Positions 1-13,190 are shown, counted from the stretch's first letter. The stretch: 64,000 bases of DNA from Octopus sinensis (GCF_006345805.1 NC_043011.1:16752464-16816463), one strand, 5' to 3'. Notes: generated by a model not told the origin, from the letters alone. Numbers and translations are program-made.

Positions 1-259
1 AATTCTCGAAAGTTGACTACTCTTTGGAGATTAATAAAGGAATACACATTTCAGACGTAAAAAGAAAAACCACTTGTCTTTAGAGTAAGTTAAACAATAC
101 TGGAAGGGTGATAACAATAGAACGAGAAGAAATGTAAATTGAGAAAAGTTAATAATGACAGAAAACTTATCTGACATACCAATTTCTCATGTCTATACAG
201 ATTTATATGAGCAGAAACATAATTAAAACTAGACAAAATAATAGAAAGCAATATAGTTG

Positions 260-1310
260 CTTGCTGAAAGAATGCTACCATTTCAAGATATAACCTTGTC
301 TAGGACTGCTATACCGCGTGTCACTTCTGACATATACAGTATAAAATCTTTCTTCAATGCACAATGAAAGCTTCATTGTTCTTGTTCTAAATTTCTTTGA
401 ATAACTTCTAGCCATTTAGGTGCCAGACAACCGTTATTGCCTATGCACATCCCCAACATGGTTTGTACACCTTATATAAGAATATTTATCATTTTGATAC
501 AGAAATATTTCACTGAAGTTCAGGTTATCCGAAGAAAGATTCTACATATGAAAGACTTGTCAAAACAGATCAAGTACTCACTCTAAGTGGAACTTGTTTG
601 TCAGCTTGTCTGGAATATTGATTACATCTCCTCTACACTGGTTCCTTTTGTTTATGCAGTGTTGAATTTCATCTAGCTCTCCTTTTGCAGGCTAATGAAC
701 AAAACTATTTTCTCCGTCTCAGAAATTAATAAGATTATATAATTACTGATTATTTATCCACACAGTCAGACCTTGATTCTGTTTTCAATTTACCAATCTT
801 TTTCTATCTACTGATTTTTTAATGTAAAAACTTCAATCTTTTTAATAGAAGCACTTATTCAGAAAGATGATGGAGAAATTGTAGTTGCCAATCGGAGAGT
901 CAATATATGCCTTGGCATATATTATTTAGATGTAAACCACATACATATGCAATCAATTTGACGTCTGTTCTACATCTATTAATATTTCAGATGTAAGTCA
1001 ATTTCAGATGTTCTCTCGAAAATAACAGTAGGAAACTTTTGCTATTTATTATTAATGTGCAGTTTCGGTGACTGTATCAAGTCTTGCACATTGCAAATCC
1101 TATTCACTTACAATGTATCATCGTAGCCAGGATTCTATCTTTAGAATTCACTACTAGTGTTTGTAGTTTTCTTATATTGCTACTCCAGAAGCAGATGGTG
1201 CGTTGGGAGACATAATAGATTGTTAGTGTAATGGTATCTTGTAGATTTTACTTAATTTCTCACCGATGAAGCATTTAAACCGAAACGTTAGAGTTCTCTT
1301 CTTCCTCACA
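260..1310 (+). mobile_element. Possible ancient, heavily degraded Penelope-like retroelement remnant
   Basis: Scattered in-order peptide echoes: ERMLPFQDITLSR (~LPFLDVLI.R) near 266-305, SGYPKK near 520, LIEALIQK near 845. These are followed by a degenerate minimal HHR-like motif CCGATGAA...CGAAACGTT at ~1263-1289. Confidence 0.3.
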
Positions 1311-1766
1311 GCCTATGGTGGCTTGCATCATATTGTTACGACTTTCTATGTAATGAATTAAAATCTTCAAAACATTTCAAAATGATCAAATGGATAACAT
1401 AAATGTTCGAAAGTTAATTCAAATAATTGTCCTGCATTTGAAACATCGCACTTATGTTCGTTTATGTTGCTCTCAAACTATTATGGTGTGAATATAACCA
1501 TATAGATAAGGATAATCTAATGAAATCATTATACTGACAAACTTTGCAAACATAGCTTGTAGTAGATGTCACGTAGACACCTGGCATATTTAATGTTTCC
1601 ATTTATTTGTATATTCAACTGTAATGATGTACATATACATAGTTACTTGCTTGAAGATGACAGATTTGTGTAGAACTAAAATTAAACCAAGCAATGTAGG
1701 TGTTCCAATCCAAAATTCTAATTCTGTTTACAAGGATACAACAATTCACAAGTGAAAGTATATATA

Positions 1767-1814
<48 letters not shown>

Positions 1815-1910
1815 TGTTTGAGGGAATAAAATCCAAACTTGCAAGGAAAAAGAATTCAATTTAGAAATACTAAATCAAATTCCACACAATATAATATATA
1901 TATATATATA

Positions 1911-2125
1911 CCGGAGTAAGCACATAAATGTAAAACAAGGTGGAAAAAAGAGTACTCAAATACCAGAGGTAGAGTAATATATTTTATTTAAAAGCAGCAG
2001 AAATATAACAAAAGCTGTTACTCGGAGTTTCACGTTCCCGTTTTGTTAAAAAAAAGTCCGACGAACGGGAACGTGAAACTCCGAGTAACACCTTTTGTTA
2101 TATTTCTGCTGCTTTTAAATAAAGT
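1911..2125. mobile_element. Fold-back PLE-type terminus: ~60-bp inverted repeat carrying a minimal hammerhead motif, flanked by (TA)n
   Basis: 1983-2042 is the near-perfect reverse complement of 2064-2123; (TA)n tracts lie on both sides. Confidence 0.7.
2056..2090 (+). ncRNA. Minimal type-I hammerhead ribozyme motif (U4C variant, stem I truncated)
   Basis: GT-CCGACGA-ACG(GGAA)CGT-GAAAC-TCCGA-GTA-AC: core boxes, 3-bp stem II with tetraloop, near-palindromic stem III, GUA cleavage triplet. Confidence 0.6.
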
Positions 2126-2126
2126 C

Positions 2127-2184
<58 letters not shown>

Positions 2185-3226
2185 TTCTCACTTGGTATCC
2201 AGAATTAACCTTTCCAAAAATGCAATTCAAGACGACATTTAAAATAATTATTAGACGCCTTAGTTTGTCATCAAATTTGGCTTATTGACGGTGGCATATA
2301 ATGCATAATATTGGCATACTTTCTTACTAGAAGGCCCAAGCAGTTTGAAAAACCCTCATTGAAACTAATTGAGTCATTTACGTTTACATGAAAGCAAACA
2401 GGGAACAATTGCTTTCCTTCATTGAAACTGTTGTAATATCATCCCATTTAGCATTTTATAATAGACTGCATTTAGGAATTTAAATACGCATCGTATTATA
2501 AAATTGAATTCTAGAAGCTGCATAAATTTATCTTTCTGTTAGCTCTATATAATTTGTTGTTGACGAGCTTATAATCAAAATCGTTTAAACTGTAAACATC
2601 CAATTTTTTTCCTAATACCAAGTTCCCCTCTTCCTGATAATGGGATATAATTTTAGGGATATTTACCCTGTTATTCCTTGTAGGTCAAACGACTGCATAG
2701 AAGCTCTTACATAGGATTGCTTCATGCAATAATAGTTAAATCAAGTTATTGTACATAAACATATTAACGTTATCTCACAAACAGCAACTCAACGCACTCT
2801 CTACCCCTAAGAATAATTATTTGAGTTTAAAACTTCAGAAACTGCCACATCATAACCGTTTACATTATTAATGAAAATCTCTCAATCTACTATTTCACTT
2901 CAACAATTCTAACATCACTCAGATAGAAATCGTTGTTCTGACTATATTTCATTTCTCATATAAATTACCACTTTCCCAATCCATTCTTATACACAATACG
3001 AAATCTTCTACAATTTCACATATCTTAACTCCAATGTACTATCTATTGCAATATCAACACTTAGACTTCTCTGATTACTGCAGACCAGTATTCTATCTTC
3101 AAGAATGAATCTGACAATTTGTAGAATTTTGAACAATTATTTCATTGCTGTTGAATATAATTTTGAACGTTGACTCTACTATTCACGTATACATATAAAT
3201 ATATATTTATATATATATACATATAT

Positions 3227-3842
3227 ATTTTTAAAAAATTGAGGGAGATAAATTAATATTAATTTTAATATCAATTTAAAACCAGCAGTCCAGCATTCAA
3301 AAAATCTGAGGAGTCAGAGAAAATTCAAATATATGTGTATATTGGCAGGGCTGGCCTGCTAGGTAGCCGGCCAGAATGCTAGAAGAAGATCATCAACGAT
3401 CAAACTACAAGGGAAATTCTCTAGAGGAAGAATTCAGCGAACACCAGAACCAACTTTGGCGGGCAGGACATATGAAAAATTAAATAAATAACAGACTTAA
3501 ATGCATACCTCGGTTTCGGTCTTAACAAAAGAATTACTTGCATAATTCAAGTGTCCGTGACTTCTTCAGTACATTCGGTCCTCCAGATGCAAACTACAAG
3601 ACTAACCCCAGCTCTCTGTGTCAAGACAGTACGTGCTTAGTCTTACTGATTACATCGGGAATAAAATTTCAAATGTCTTGGTTCTGGCGCGCTGAGAGAC
3701 TCCTGAAGCGAAGGGCTGCAGTGAATAATTCACTGCGGATAGTGCTTACAACTAGGGAACGTATTTATTTAAATTTTTAAAAAATTGAGGGAGATAAATT
3801 AATATTAATTTTAATATCAATTTAAAACCAGCATTCAAAAAG
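3227..3842 (-). mobile_element. Non-coding 546-nt unit with ~65-nt terminal direct repeat and internal hammerhead (retrozyme-like / solo PLE pLTR)
   Basis: ATTTTTAAAAAATTGAGGGAGATAAATT...AAAACCAGCA at 3227-3287 recurs at 3773-3833 (offset 546); TA-rich microsatellites on both sides; HHR at 3500-3575. Confidence 0.7.
3500..3575 (-). ncRNA. Type-I hammerhead ribozyme
   Basis: Minus strand: AATGTA-CTGAAGA-AGTC...GACC-GAAAC-CGAG-GTA^TGCATT. Stem I AATGTA/TGCATT, intact core boxes, short stem III, GUA triplet. Confidence 0.75.
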
Positions 3843-4097
3843 TATATATATACATATATATATACATATATATATACATACATATATATATACATATATA
3901 TATACATATATATATACATATATATATACATACATATATATATACGCATTATATATGTATGCATACATGTATATATATGTATGCATATATATATGTATAT
4001 ATATGTATGCATATATATATGCATATATATGTATGCATATATATATGTATGCATACATATATATATGTATGCATACATGTATATATGTATATATATA

Positions 4098-4164
<67 letters not shown>

Positions 4165-4182
4165 TATGTATGCATACATGTA
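3843..4182. repeat. (TA)n / TATACA / TATGCA compound microsatellite
   Basis: Directly visible. Confidence 0.95.
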
Positions 4183-5105
4183 TTGACATCTCTCTCCGCA
4201 TCGATCACCCCTCCAACTCTCTCACCACCACCGCCTTCTTTAAACCTACGGATTCCCACCTCTATCTCAACTTCTCTTCCTCCCACCCCTTCCACACCAA
4301 ACGAGCCATCCCCTACTCCCAGTTCCTCCGCCTCCGACGTTTGTGCAGCCGCGACCAGGATTTCGAGACCCAATCTCAATACCTGGCCCGCATGTTCAGA
4401 CTCCGAGGTTACCCACACTCCTCTCTGATGCCCTCACCCGCGCCCGTCGCATCGACCGCGCTACCGCCCTGTCTCCTTCCCCCCCCACCCCCCCAACCGC
4501 ACCCCCTTCCCCCTCCTTTTCCACCCCTCCACCCTACCCCTTCGTCGCAAGATACTACGTGCCTTCCGTCGCCTCCAGCTTGATCCCACCACCCGCCCCA
4601 TTTTCCCTAACCCACCCCTGTCCTCTTTCAAACGAGCCCGCAATCTGCGTGACCTCCTGTCCACAGCACCTCTCCTCCTTCCCCCTCAGCCCACACGGAT
4701 CATTCCCTTGCTCTAGATCCCGCTGCAACACTTGCCCTTCATCACCAACACCACCGCTGTCACCGCTCCAACCAGCATACTGTAGCATTAGGCACTCTTT
4801 TACGTGCACCTCGTCTGGCCTTATTTACTGCATTAAATGCAACCTATGCGGGATGCTGTATGTGGGACAGATGGGACGCCGGTTGTCCGACCGTTTCACT
4901 GAACACTTGAGGACGTTCGCCTACACTCTTTTTCTCCCGTCGCACGCACTTCCGCTCGGCCGGCCATTCCCTAGATGACATCTCAGTGTTTGGTCTCTCG
5001 CCCCCCACAATGGTCGCCCACTTTCCAGGCTCCACTTGGAGCATGCTACATCTTCACCCTACAAACTACCACCCCACACGGACTTAACACAGCCCCCTCC
5101 TCTTG
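4183..5105 (+). pseudogene. 5'-truncated, frameshifted Penelope-like (Neptune-type) ORF: RT C-terminus/thumb, Cys linker, GIY-YIG endonuclease
   Basis: DISL...[42 protein letters not shown]...RGYP; [27 protein letters not shown]; PCSRSRCNTCP; FTCTSSGLIYCIKCNLCGMLYVGQMGRRLSDRFTEHLR; terminal PHGLN. Confidence 0.9.
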
Positions 5106-5149
5106 AGATCCGCTTTTTTTTTTCCCGGATACACCACCCACACCCCACC

Positions 5150-7855
5150 CATCCACCTACCTCCCACACGCCGGTTCACACACACACATACGTAGACCCA
5201 TCTACGCACATACATTCACACATTTAATCACACACACTTATAGACATACATCCACACACTAACATACAAACCAACATGCACATACACACACACATACATA
5301 CATACACACACACATACATACTTACACACACACACACAGACATACATACACACATACATACACACATACATACATACGCACATCATACACACACACTCAC
5401 ACACACACACACCGCACGTACATACTTCACACACACACAACACACACACCGCACGTACATACTTCACACACACACACATGCACACATACATGTAGGCACA
5501 CACATACGTACATACCCACACATGCACACCCTTACACTGAATGCACACACACATACAACTTTTTGCATCCAGGCAGCCCCCCCTCTTTTCTGCTTTCCGG
5601 TTTTGGCTGATGGATCCTCGGTTCCCGCGTAGCGGGGCGCTCGAGGGCCTTTGCGCTCGCGCGCCTTGGCGCGCGCTGGGGGCTTGGTCGGCCCCTTGGG
5701 TTTGCCTTGTACTGCTTGTGCGTTGTGTGCGTGAGCGCGCTTCGTGTGTGTGGGCTTGCTTCGGATGTGCGCGTGCGTATGTATGCATACATACCCACAC
5801 ACTCGCATGCATCCCTACCCACATACATACACGCACACCTACTCACACACACATACACACACACACACACACATACCCGCACAGACACACACATACATAC
5901 ATACATACACACACATACCTACTTCAGACATACACACACACAGACATACACCCTTATACACTCACACCACGCATACACACACACCACACATACACACGCA
6001 CACGTACACATACACACACACACACCTACATACATACATTACACTTGTACACACACACACTTACATTCATACACACACACACCTACACAGCCATACCCTC
6101 ACTCAGACACACACACTACCTACACACACACACAAACACACACAGACACACACCCATCATACATACATCTACACACACACGCCCACACACACATACATAC
6201 ACACATACATACACACACACATACACATACACACACATACGCACACACACATATACTTATACACATGCACACACACACACATACATACATACACCCATAC
6301 ACATACACACACATACCTACATACTCCTATACGCACATACATACACACAGACATACAAACATACACACTCACACAAACATACACCACACATACTTACACA
6401 CACACTCACCTGCACGCGCACACACATGCATGACAAACACCCATACACTCACACTCACATACTCACACACACACCACCATCAACCGCACACGCACACACC
6501 TACACTCCACACATACATACACACGCACCTACATACACACACGCACGCATACACACGCACACACACGCATACACACATACATTACACGTACACACACACC
6601 TACATACACATGCATACACACACACACACAAACATGCACGGACACACCCAGACATACATACATACACCTATATACACACGCCCACACACCTACATACACA
6701 CACATATACACACGCCCACACACCTACATACACACACATACACGGACACACCCATACATACTTACATACATACACCTATACACACACGCCTACACACCTA
6801 CACCACACCATGCATACACACACACACACATGTACGCACATACACACATATACGCACATACATATATACCCACACACATGCACACACACACACATACGCA
6901 CATGCATGCATGCATGCACACGCGCACACCTACACGCATACACACACACACACGCACGTACACATACATACATACACACACACATACATACACCCATACA
7001 CATACATGCATCCTACACACACATACATACACACTCACACATACATACACACACACACACTCACTCACACACCTGTATGTACGCGCACACACATGCACAT
7101 ACACACACTTCCACACACCCACACGTACATACATACACACTCATACACATACACACACACACACACACGGACATACATCTATGCACACACATATATACAC
7201 ACATACTCACATACATTCATCGGACACACTGACACCCAGACATACACACAGACACACTCACACATCCACACACATACATACTTACGCGCATACTCGCAGG
7301 CGCGCGCACACACGCGCTTGCGCCGGTTCGCGCACGCATACGCGCCGCATGCACCTCGCTCTTGGACCCGACGAGACCTCCCGCTCGTTCCTGGGACCCT
7401 CGCTTGTCGTTGGGTTTTCCCACGCCCGTCTCCGCGGGACCACTCTTCCATCTTCCCTCCAGCTGTAGTCCTTTTTCCTTACCCCCCCCCTTTTTTTGTT
7501 ACACACGCGCGCACACATATACACACATTGCTTAAATATATACATTACTCTTACACACATTCAATCTACTCGCCATTAATACTACCACGACACTGGACAC
7601 ACACACACACTACTACTCAACACACGCTGGCACGCTACATACGCCCCCACCCCTTCCCCTCCCTCCCTTCCTCTTTCCTTCTTTTTCTTACTACTGACTA
7701 CTGTCTGCTTGCCTACTACTGTCTCGCCCTACCTCACACGCCTACACACAGACGCACACACTAACACATACATATATTTTTTGTTTTTTTATCTCGCCTC
7801 ACACACACACATACACACACGCACACGCACACACTCACACATACACACACATCTG
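5150..7855. repeat. ~2.7-kb degenerate (CA)n/(CATA)n low-complexity tract with two GC-rich islands (~5560-5780, ~7290-7490)
   Basis: Directly visible; it is the source of the long His/Thr-rich spurious ORFs. Confidence 0.9.
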
Positions 7856-7859
7856 TTGC

Positions 7860-8152
7860 GTTACCAACCTTGTCTCCACTCTTTGGCTTTAAAAACCTAC
7901 TTTGCTCTTGTTATCGTAAACTTCCGCCTTTCACCATGTGTAACTCGTAAACACCAGTCGTTTTTTTTTCTCTATCCCTTGTTGCCCGCTTTGGGATCTT
8001 TCTTTCCTCTCTCTTCCTTCTTTATGTTCCCGACGAAGAGCTCCGCTCGAAACGTCATACCTTCCTGCTTCCATTTCCTGAGCGCCTATTAATAATAATA
8101 CTGTAATTGTTCCATTGTTGTTTTTTTTTTGTTTTCCCGTTTGGATTAAAAT

Positions 8153-8153
<1 letters not shown>
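7860..8153 (+). mobile_element. PLE 3' terminal repeat (pLTR) with minimal hammerhead motif, ending at (TA)n
   Basis: CCGACGA-A-GAG(CTCCG)CTC-GAAACGTC at 8030-8056, then TTCCTGAGCGC...GTTTGGATTAA(TA)n; homologous to 40760-40965 and 12744-12960. Confidence 0.7.
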
Positions 8154-8221
<68 letters not shown>

Positions 8222-8719
8222 GTACACGCACACGCACATACATATGTGTGTGTATTATATAATGCGTGTGTGTATAAGAGAGCGATAGAAAGAAGAGAGA
8301 AAGAGAACGCAGATTGAATATCAGATGCAGTGTTATTAACGTCAAAATGCCAAATGAGAAAGCCAGAATTTCAAAACTTGCCACAGCTAATATATCGCAA
8401 ATTTTGTCTATGGAGATCATGAAACATGCTTCAGTCCGTATGACTAATAAGATTTAAGTCAAAGAATACATAAACCGTAATCGATGAGGCATATGATTTG
8501 TGAGTGTAGGACAAAGCCCCCAAGGAAAAAACCCTTAGGACAAAAGCCTCACGGACAGAAGCTCCACGGTTATATTTTATAATTATTTTTTTTGTTTTTT
8601 ACACCTTTTACTTGTTTCAGTCATTAGATAGAGGCCATGCTAGGGCACCGCCTTGAAAAATCCCTTTGGCTCTCCTTGTTTGTCCCCTCTATGTTTTTCC
8701 CTTTGTGTGTTGTAAAGAA

Positions 8720-9045
8720 ATAGGTATTTCGTCTGCCGTTACGTTCTGAGTTCAAATTCCGCCGAGGTCGACTTTACCTTTTATTCTTTCGGGGTCGATA
8801 AATAAAGTGCCAGTTAGGCACTGGGGTCGATGTAATTGGCTTAATCCCTTTCTCTGTCCTTGTTTATCTCCTCTATGTTTAGCCCCTTGTGGGTTATAAA
8901 GAAATAGGTATTTCGTCTGTCTTTACGTTATGAGTTCAAATTCTGCCGAAGTCAACTTTGCCTTTCCTCGTTTTGGGGTCGAAAACTTAAGTCCCTGTTG
9001 CGTACTGAGGTCGATCTACTCAATTGGCCCCCTCCTCCAAAATTC
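8720..9045 (+). mobile_element. Two tandem partial tRNA-derived SINEs with Meta-like core (family B)
   Basis: B box GAGTTCAAATTCC followed by GAGGTCGACTTT...TTTCGGGGTCGATAAATAAAGTGCCAG, present twice. Confidence 0.75.
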
Positions 9046-9296
9046 AATATTAAAGGGTTTTCCATTGCACACCAGCAGGTTATATCGGTTAACCGACTAG
9101 AGATACTCTGTTAAGATGTACACTGTGGATGGTATCATACTTTGAGTGGACAGTACCATCAAGTGCTACAAGATTAGAATATACCAATAGATTTACAAGT
9201 TGGTAGTTTAACCCACTGAGTAACATGTTAATGCTACTTTGACATGAAAAATACAGAATAATAGTATAAGCATGTGAAATGCATTTTATATGACAA

Positions 9297-9663
9297 CTAG
9301 CACTATGACCCGGCAACACAGGGTCATAGTGCTAGTGCATGCATATACAGCTGCATGCGTGCGCACGTACACGTGAGTCCTGTCCAAATCTCCGACCAAT
9401 TACATACAGCTAGCTGGCATTCAATTGGCGTATCAAATTTCGGGCATTTTCATTGGGTTTTGGATAGAAAATTCACAAAAAGGTCACTTCTATTGATTTT
9501 TTAATGGCTTTGCGGGGTGACTGTGGAAATGTAAAGATGTGCACGACCACCCTTGGACGATTTTGAATGACCATAGAAAAATTGCGAGCCCTCTAACTGA
9601 AAAATTGTGGATTTGTATACAGGACACACACGCAGACATTTTGCCGTTTATATATATAAGAGA
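9297..9663 (-). mobile_element. Non-autonomous Helitron (complete, ~370 bp)
   Basis: Minus strand starts TC (after host A) at 9663 and ends CTAG (before host T) at 9297; strong 3' hairpin ACTAGCACTATGACCC...GGGTCATAGTGCTAGT. Confidence 0.7.
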
Positions 9664-10589
9664 TGATCTGGCTAGGATAATCTGGAATATGTTTATCCAG
9701 AACGACTCAGAGACAGAGTTGAATGATCCAGATATTATAATCAAAAACAGTCGCACGAGCCTCTACACACTAAAAGACATCTTGATTTCTTCTAGAAAGA
9801 ATAATTTACTTGGCAGAAGCTAAAATACAAACAACATGGATCTTGAAGTAGAAATAAGAAAAATATGTGCATGAAATAAAAAAGAAACGATGCGAAAAGT
9901 GATTAAAACACAGTTTAATGAGGCATATGATTAGTCACAGGAAACGATACCCTGGATTTCAGCATAAAATCTATAAAATTGGCTCAATGGGTGCAGCCCA
10001 TATATATATAGAATGCATTTTTGTTTCAGTAGTACATCTCATACACTACACTCTTTGCACATCTCTTGCAATACCATATTCTGCACAACCGCAACTCCAA
10101 AGATTAACACTCCCTACACTATATAACAACGGTACCTCTACGTGACTTGCTAGATTGACCTGCTAGAATTAAGACATGAATTTTCCTCAAATCACACCCA
10201 ATCCTTTTCATAAAGGCAACATTAAATGAAAAAAAAAAATTATGTAGGAAAATATTTAGATAGAAAAGACTGGCTAGTCATAAGTGGTATGCCTCTGATT
10301 GTAAGTCTGGTCAATTAGGGTTGAGCTGAGGCCGTCCATTTCATGCGTTGTATACCTAAAATAACCACGAACCACGCATACATACACACACGTTACATAA
10401 CTCAAACAATACGTACTACGAATTCCCATCACATATGCAAACCACCACAATCAAACGAAATAATATAGCAAAACCGTTTGTAGCATACAAACACAATCTT
10501 ACTCTGCTAACAGACAATACTACAGACAACTCAACAGAGCTGAGGTGCACCTGGTGTTGAAGGTGAAGCCAGTGTAAGATTTTTGAAAC

Positions 10590-10715
10590 ATGATAGCAAC
10601 AGCATCAACAACGATAATAATAATAACAAAATCAGTAACAACAACAACAGCAACAATAATAACAGCAGCAACAACCAGCAGCAGAAACAACAACTACCGC
10701 AAGAATAATAAAACA
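10590..10715. repeat. (AAC)/(AAT)/(AGC) trinucleotide low-complexity tract
   Basis: Directly visible. Confidence 0.85.
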
Positions 10716-11454
10716 ATCAAACACTGCTCGGAAAATACTTTTCATCCATTAGATGTTACTTTTTACCTGGAAGCAAAAATCTCAAGTGCATTACTTTATA
10801 TATTTATATATTTTCTCAATATTTAACAACTTGCTTGCCAGACAGATTTAGTAAGAGAAACAGTCGTATATGAATAGGTGACTAAAGAAACTGCGCAAAT
10901 CAAATTCATAACAATACTTCGTTTTATTTTCCTTCCAGTTACCCTTAGTCAAATTCGATATATTAACATTAAAAATCTTTGATTGACTGGAATTTAATTT
11001 CAAAGTGTCAATTCTGTAGATCGGCTATAAATGAGAAACTAAATATAGTTACAAAACACTATATTAAATTTTGGGACGAATAAATTGTTATTTTATATAA
11101 CTATGCCTCTAGTGATATAGTGTGTTGTATGAATAATAAAACTATGCCATATGTATATAGAACACGTAAGGAAATCGGGTCATTTTATTCATATTGGCTA
11201 TGAATTCTTACTTAGATACAAAGCAATAAATTTTGTGTGTAAGGATTTTGTCGACTAGATAACCTATAGTACTTTTGACTGATACTTTCTTTCTCACTTT
11301 CGAAAGATGTAATATAAAGTTAGCTTTGAAATCAGAATGTCCAGAGTGGAACAGATATCTCTACTCATTTTATCCGATAATTTAATGATTCAGCTAATCC
11401 ATCGAAAATTACAGGAGAGAAAAGATCCTTTTAATATGATTTGGTTGTCTGAAG

Positions 11455-11635
11455 CTGGTGAGCTGGTAGATTCATGACACGCCGAGCGAAATGCTTAGCG
11501 GTATTTCGTTCGTCTTTACGTTCTAGGTTCAAATTCCAACAAGGTCCACTTTGCCTTTCATTCTTTCGGGGTCGATGTAATCGACCTACCTCCTCCCCTG
11601 AACTTGCTGGCCTTGTGCCAAAATTTGGAACCAAT
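11455..11635 (+). mobile_element. tRNA-derived SINE family B (internally deleted)
   Basis: GGTGAGCTGGTAGA head, GGTTCAAATTCC B box, TTTGCCTTTCATTCTTTCGGGGTCGAT core, GCTGGCCTTGTGCCAAAATTTG tail. Confidence 0.75.
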
Positions 11636-11652
11636 ATGACTTTATTGTTCAA

Positions 11653-11878
11653 TACTTACTTACTTGTACTGGTGGCGACATTCACCCTGGGCGGGTTGAG
11701 TCGGCTTCTTCTAGCACCCTCGAGGCATCTCGAACCATGGCAACCCACGCACGACGGTCGTGCGCCAGTTCACCGGAGATAGCGAGCCAGTCATGGTTCC
11801 ATCTGCGCAGGCCGACCACCTGCGGACCCGTAAGTACGGAGAGGTCCTCCTTGATCGTCGTAGCCCAAGTCTTCTTCT
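11653..11878 (-). mobile_element. 3' end of an RTE-clade LINE with (TAAG)n tail
   Basis: Minus strand reads KKTWATTIKEDLSVLTGPQVVGLRRWNHDWLAISGELAHDRRAWVAMVRDA...RPG* then CAAGTAAGTAAGTA; typical RTE C-terminus. Confidence 0.75.
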
Positions 11879-12572
11879 ATGAATTCTCAATGGCACTACT
11901 AAATAAAATTGTTCGATACGTCAGAAACGACAACCAAATCGCCCTTAAATCAAAGTCATACAAAGTACACACTGGATTGTGGAATCTTATATAAACTTTG
12001 ACCAAAAAAAAAATCTAGGATTAATAGATCTGAAATGCCATTTAACCATTGGTGTGCTTGATCACGGCTAACAATAATAAGAACAACAGCACATTATTTT
12101 CTGAGATCATATTCGGATGGTCTATAAACTAAAAGGAGCAACCAAATCTGCTACAAATCATTTCCTACCATTTAAAAATGTAAGTGAAACACTGGATAAA
12201 GCAGTTCTACATAAACCTAAAAATACAGAACGGTTACAGCTGAAATGCATTTAATTATAGACCATCACGTTAACGCCTGTCTTTTGGATACAAAAAGTAC
12301 AAACAATATATCCTGTGCTCATGAAGAAATCACTACATGGGTGTACGACACGCAAGTAATTTCAGTCAAATATCTCTCTAATCACACATTACTAACATAA
12401 AAAGAGAAGAGCAGATAGAATGATATAGCTCCTAATACACACAAAAAGAAACCCTTTGGAAAAATATGACTGCAATGCATTCAACACACATTGCTGTTTT
12501 AGCCCTCAGACCATTTGTGACTGATGTGACCTACTGTCAAAATGAATCATTCTCGTTCTGAACATGACGTGT

Positions 12573-12645
<73 letters not shown>

Positions 12646-12692
12646 ATGTGTGTGTGTGTGGTGTGTGTGTATGTATATATGTATATATGTAT

Positions 12693-12735
<43 letters not shown>

Positions 12736-12743
12736 GTATATGT

Positions 12744-13145
12744 ATGTATACAAAGGGAAAATTAACGAAAATAGACAAAAGAGGAAGACAGGTGCTGTAC
12801 AAAACAAACAGATGTATTAGTATAGCGCTCAGGAATAGAACAAGTCTTTTACGTTTCGAGCCTACGCTCTTCTACAGAAAGGTACACAGAAAAAATAAGG
12901 AGAGAAAAAAAGTATGTAGTGGCTAACGATCTATCATGGCGTCTGACTCGGACAAAATAGTCAGACGGAAGGGGGAAAGTAGGGGAGATAACAAGGTGAA
13001 GATGACCTCCAACACAAAGGAGCCCCCAACACAAAGGTGCATGTGATGTGTGTATAAGAGAGTATGTATGTGTGTATGTATGTGTAGGTGTGAAGATGTG
13101 GGGATGGGTGTGTGGGTGGTGTGTTGCGATGTGATGTGTAATGTG
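12744..13145 (-). mobile_element. PLE 3' terminal fragment with minimal hammerhead-like motif, embedded in (TA)n
   Basis: Minus strand CTTT-CTGTAGA-A-GAG(CGTAGG)CTC-GAAACGTA-AAAG then TTCCTGAGCGC; CA-rich upstream part, as in the 4183-8153 element. Confidence 0.6.
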
Positions 13146-13150
13146 GTATA

Positions 13151-13190
<40 letters not shown>

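Noticed and set aside
5228-7764. Long His/Thr-rich and Val/Cys-rich ORFs (563 aa, 685 aa and others)
   Set aside because: They are translations of a CA-rich microsatellite that lacks stop codons in several frames; there is no domain content.
10553-10580. Collagen-like GAPGVEGEA followed by a GTAAG donor-like site
   Set aside because: Only three triplets, preceded by an in-frame TGA, with no good acceptor and no other collagen exons in the window.
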